Source: Adineta vaga (Eukaryota; Animalia; Rotifera). Taken from it: a stretch of 64,000 nt of DNA. The position numbers and the translations under genes were made by a program. Below the pieces are notes generated by a model that was given only the letters and a program-made list of their open reading frames with translations, did no database searches and was not told where the DNA came from. Positions 63,069-64,000 of the stretch are shown piece by piece. Within the stretch, counting starts at the first letter, position 1. Each line of letters opens with the position of its first letter. The stretch lies in the NCBI GenBank assembly GCA_021613535.1, contig CP075496.1:4030001-4094000 (forward strand). Direction: 5' to 3'.

Positions 63069-63676
63069 ATGACAACAACAATAACAGCTGATCAGGTATG
63101 ATTAACATTTCTTTATGAATGTGTGTATTGTTCAATTTTGAATATTTAGCAAAAAAAATGTCGAGAAGATGCTGAAGCAGTTGAAAGTTTTTCCAAAAGA
63201 TATTATGAAATATTTGATACTCGACGACATGTAAGGAATACCTTTCTATGAAGGAAAGAAAAAGAAAGATAATTATTCTTTCACCTTTCTTTTTAGGATA
63301 TCTCAAAATTTTATCAAGCACAAGCCAAACTAATTTGGAACGGAACAGAACATGATGGACGAGATGCGATTGCAAAACATCTCGTAGCATTACCTTCTAC
63401 ACGACATCATATTTATGCTTTAGATTTCTTTCCAATGAAAGGTAAATGAATAATTTGCGAATGAATAAACTTAGCTTTTCTTATTATTTAGATTTATTTC
63501 CTGATGAAGCAACAACTTATCAGGTATTTGTGAGTGGTGCAGTTGTATATGGCACATCAGATAATCCATCAGGTCCAAAAGAAAAACGTCTATTTTCACA
63601 TATATTTGTTCTAACAGTTGATGTTGCATCATCCGTATGGGTGATTGCGAATGAATGTTTTCGTTTTCATGAATAA
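63069..63676 (+). CDS. NXT1: NTF2-related export protein (NXT1/p15), 4 exons
   Basis: Spliced AVESFSKRYYEIFDTRRHDISKFYQAQAKLIWNG...LPSTRHHIYALDFFP...VSGAVVY...FSHIFVL...WVIANECFRFHE. Confidence 0.85.
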
Positions 63677-63780
63677 ACTGAAAAGAGATTTGTTATATCT
63701 ATTGTTGCTCGCTGTTTTTTTTATTAAACAAAAATAAAAATAATTATACAAAAAAAAAACAGATAGGGAAATTAGTCATC

Positions 63781-64000
63781 CTATATAGAAAGTAATTCAT
63801 TTATATCACTTTTTATTTCGTCAGGATCTTTGAATACTGTCCAACGTTCTTTTGGTACATCTTCAAATGCTTTCTTATATCGTTCTTCGCATGTTGGCAA
63901 ACATGTAGGTGTATGACAAACATCACGAATAAATATATGAACAATTGCTTTGGGATATTTTGTATATAATTTGGAATAAATTTCTGGATCAAGCTCACCT
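63781..64000 (-). CDS. 3' end of an App1-like phosphatidate phosphatase (APP1 catalytic/DUF2183); 5' part outside the window
   Basis: Manual translation GELDPEIYSKLYTKYPKAIVHIFIRDV...RYKKAFEDVPKERWTVFKDPDEI...LSI* fits the (GDS)GExDPEIY...P..I..IFIRDV signature. The ORF track shows a different frame. Confidence 0.7.
   Translation of the reverse strand, partial: GELDPEIYSKLYTKYPKAIVHIFIRDVCHTPTCLPTCEERYKKAFEDVPKERWTVFKDPDEIKSDINELLSI

Noticed and set aside
63813-63998. 61-aa ORF-track protein
   Set aside because: Wrong frame; another frame on the same strand encodes the App1-like C-terminus.
1-64000. tRNA, rRNA, hammerhead ribozymes and telomeric repeats
   Set aside because: None recognised by eye. 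tRNAscan-SE and Infernal would be needed to exclude them.

Overview
AT-rich eukaryotic genomic DNA with ~50-70 bp GT-AG introns and compact genes. The gene families and transposon types point to a bdelloid rotifer (inference). 1-1192 holds an alpha-1,3-fucosyltransferase that runs off the window edge. ~1.2-17 kb is gene-free and full of non-autonomous DNA transposons: a Sola-like element with nested MITEs, DINE-1/Helentron-like copies and piggyBac MITEs. The rest is gene-dense: class A GPCR, IP6K, TMEM231, a duplicated PTB-domain gene, a VAMP-like R-SNARE, a DPY30+ankyrin gene, a B-box-like gene, an NHL gene, RINT1, a p160/SRC (NCOA/taiman) coactivator apparently lacking its bHLH, three tightly packed secretory-pathway genes including a GT31, SRSF2, NXT1, and the 3' end of an App1-like phosphatase (HGT candidate). 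The most notable structure is a ~1.4-kb direct duplication flanking a 2.9-kb insert. Its left copy carries an intact, full-length jockey/Hebe-like LINE with an 11-bp TSD, poly(A) and a 72-bp repeat array in the 3' UTR. Other leads are a possible trans-spliced operon junction (58038-58078) and a candidate 7-nt poison microexon in SRSF2. All calls come from manual reading; no searches were run.
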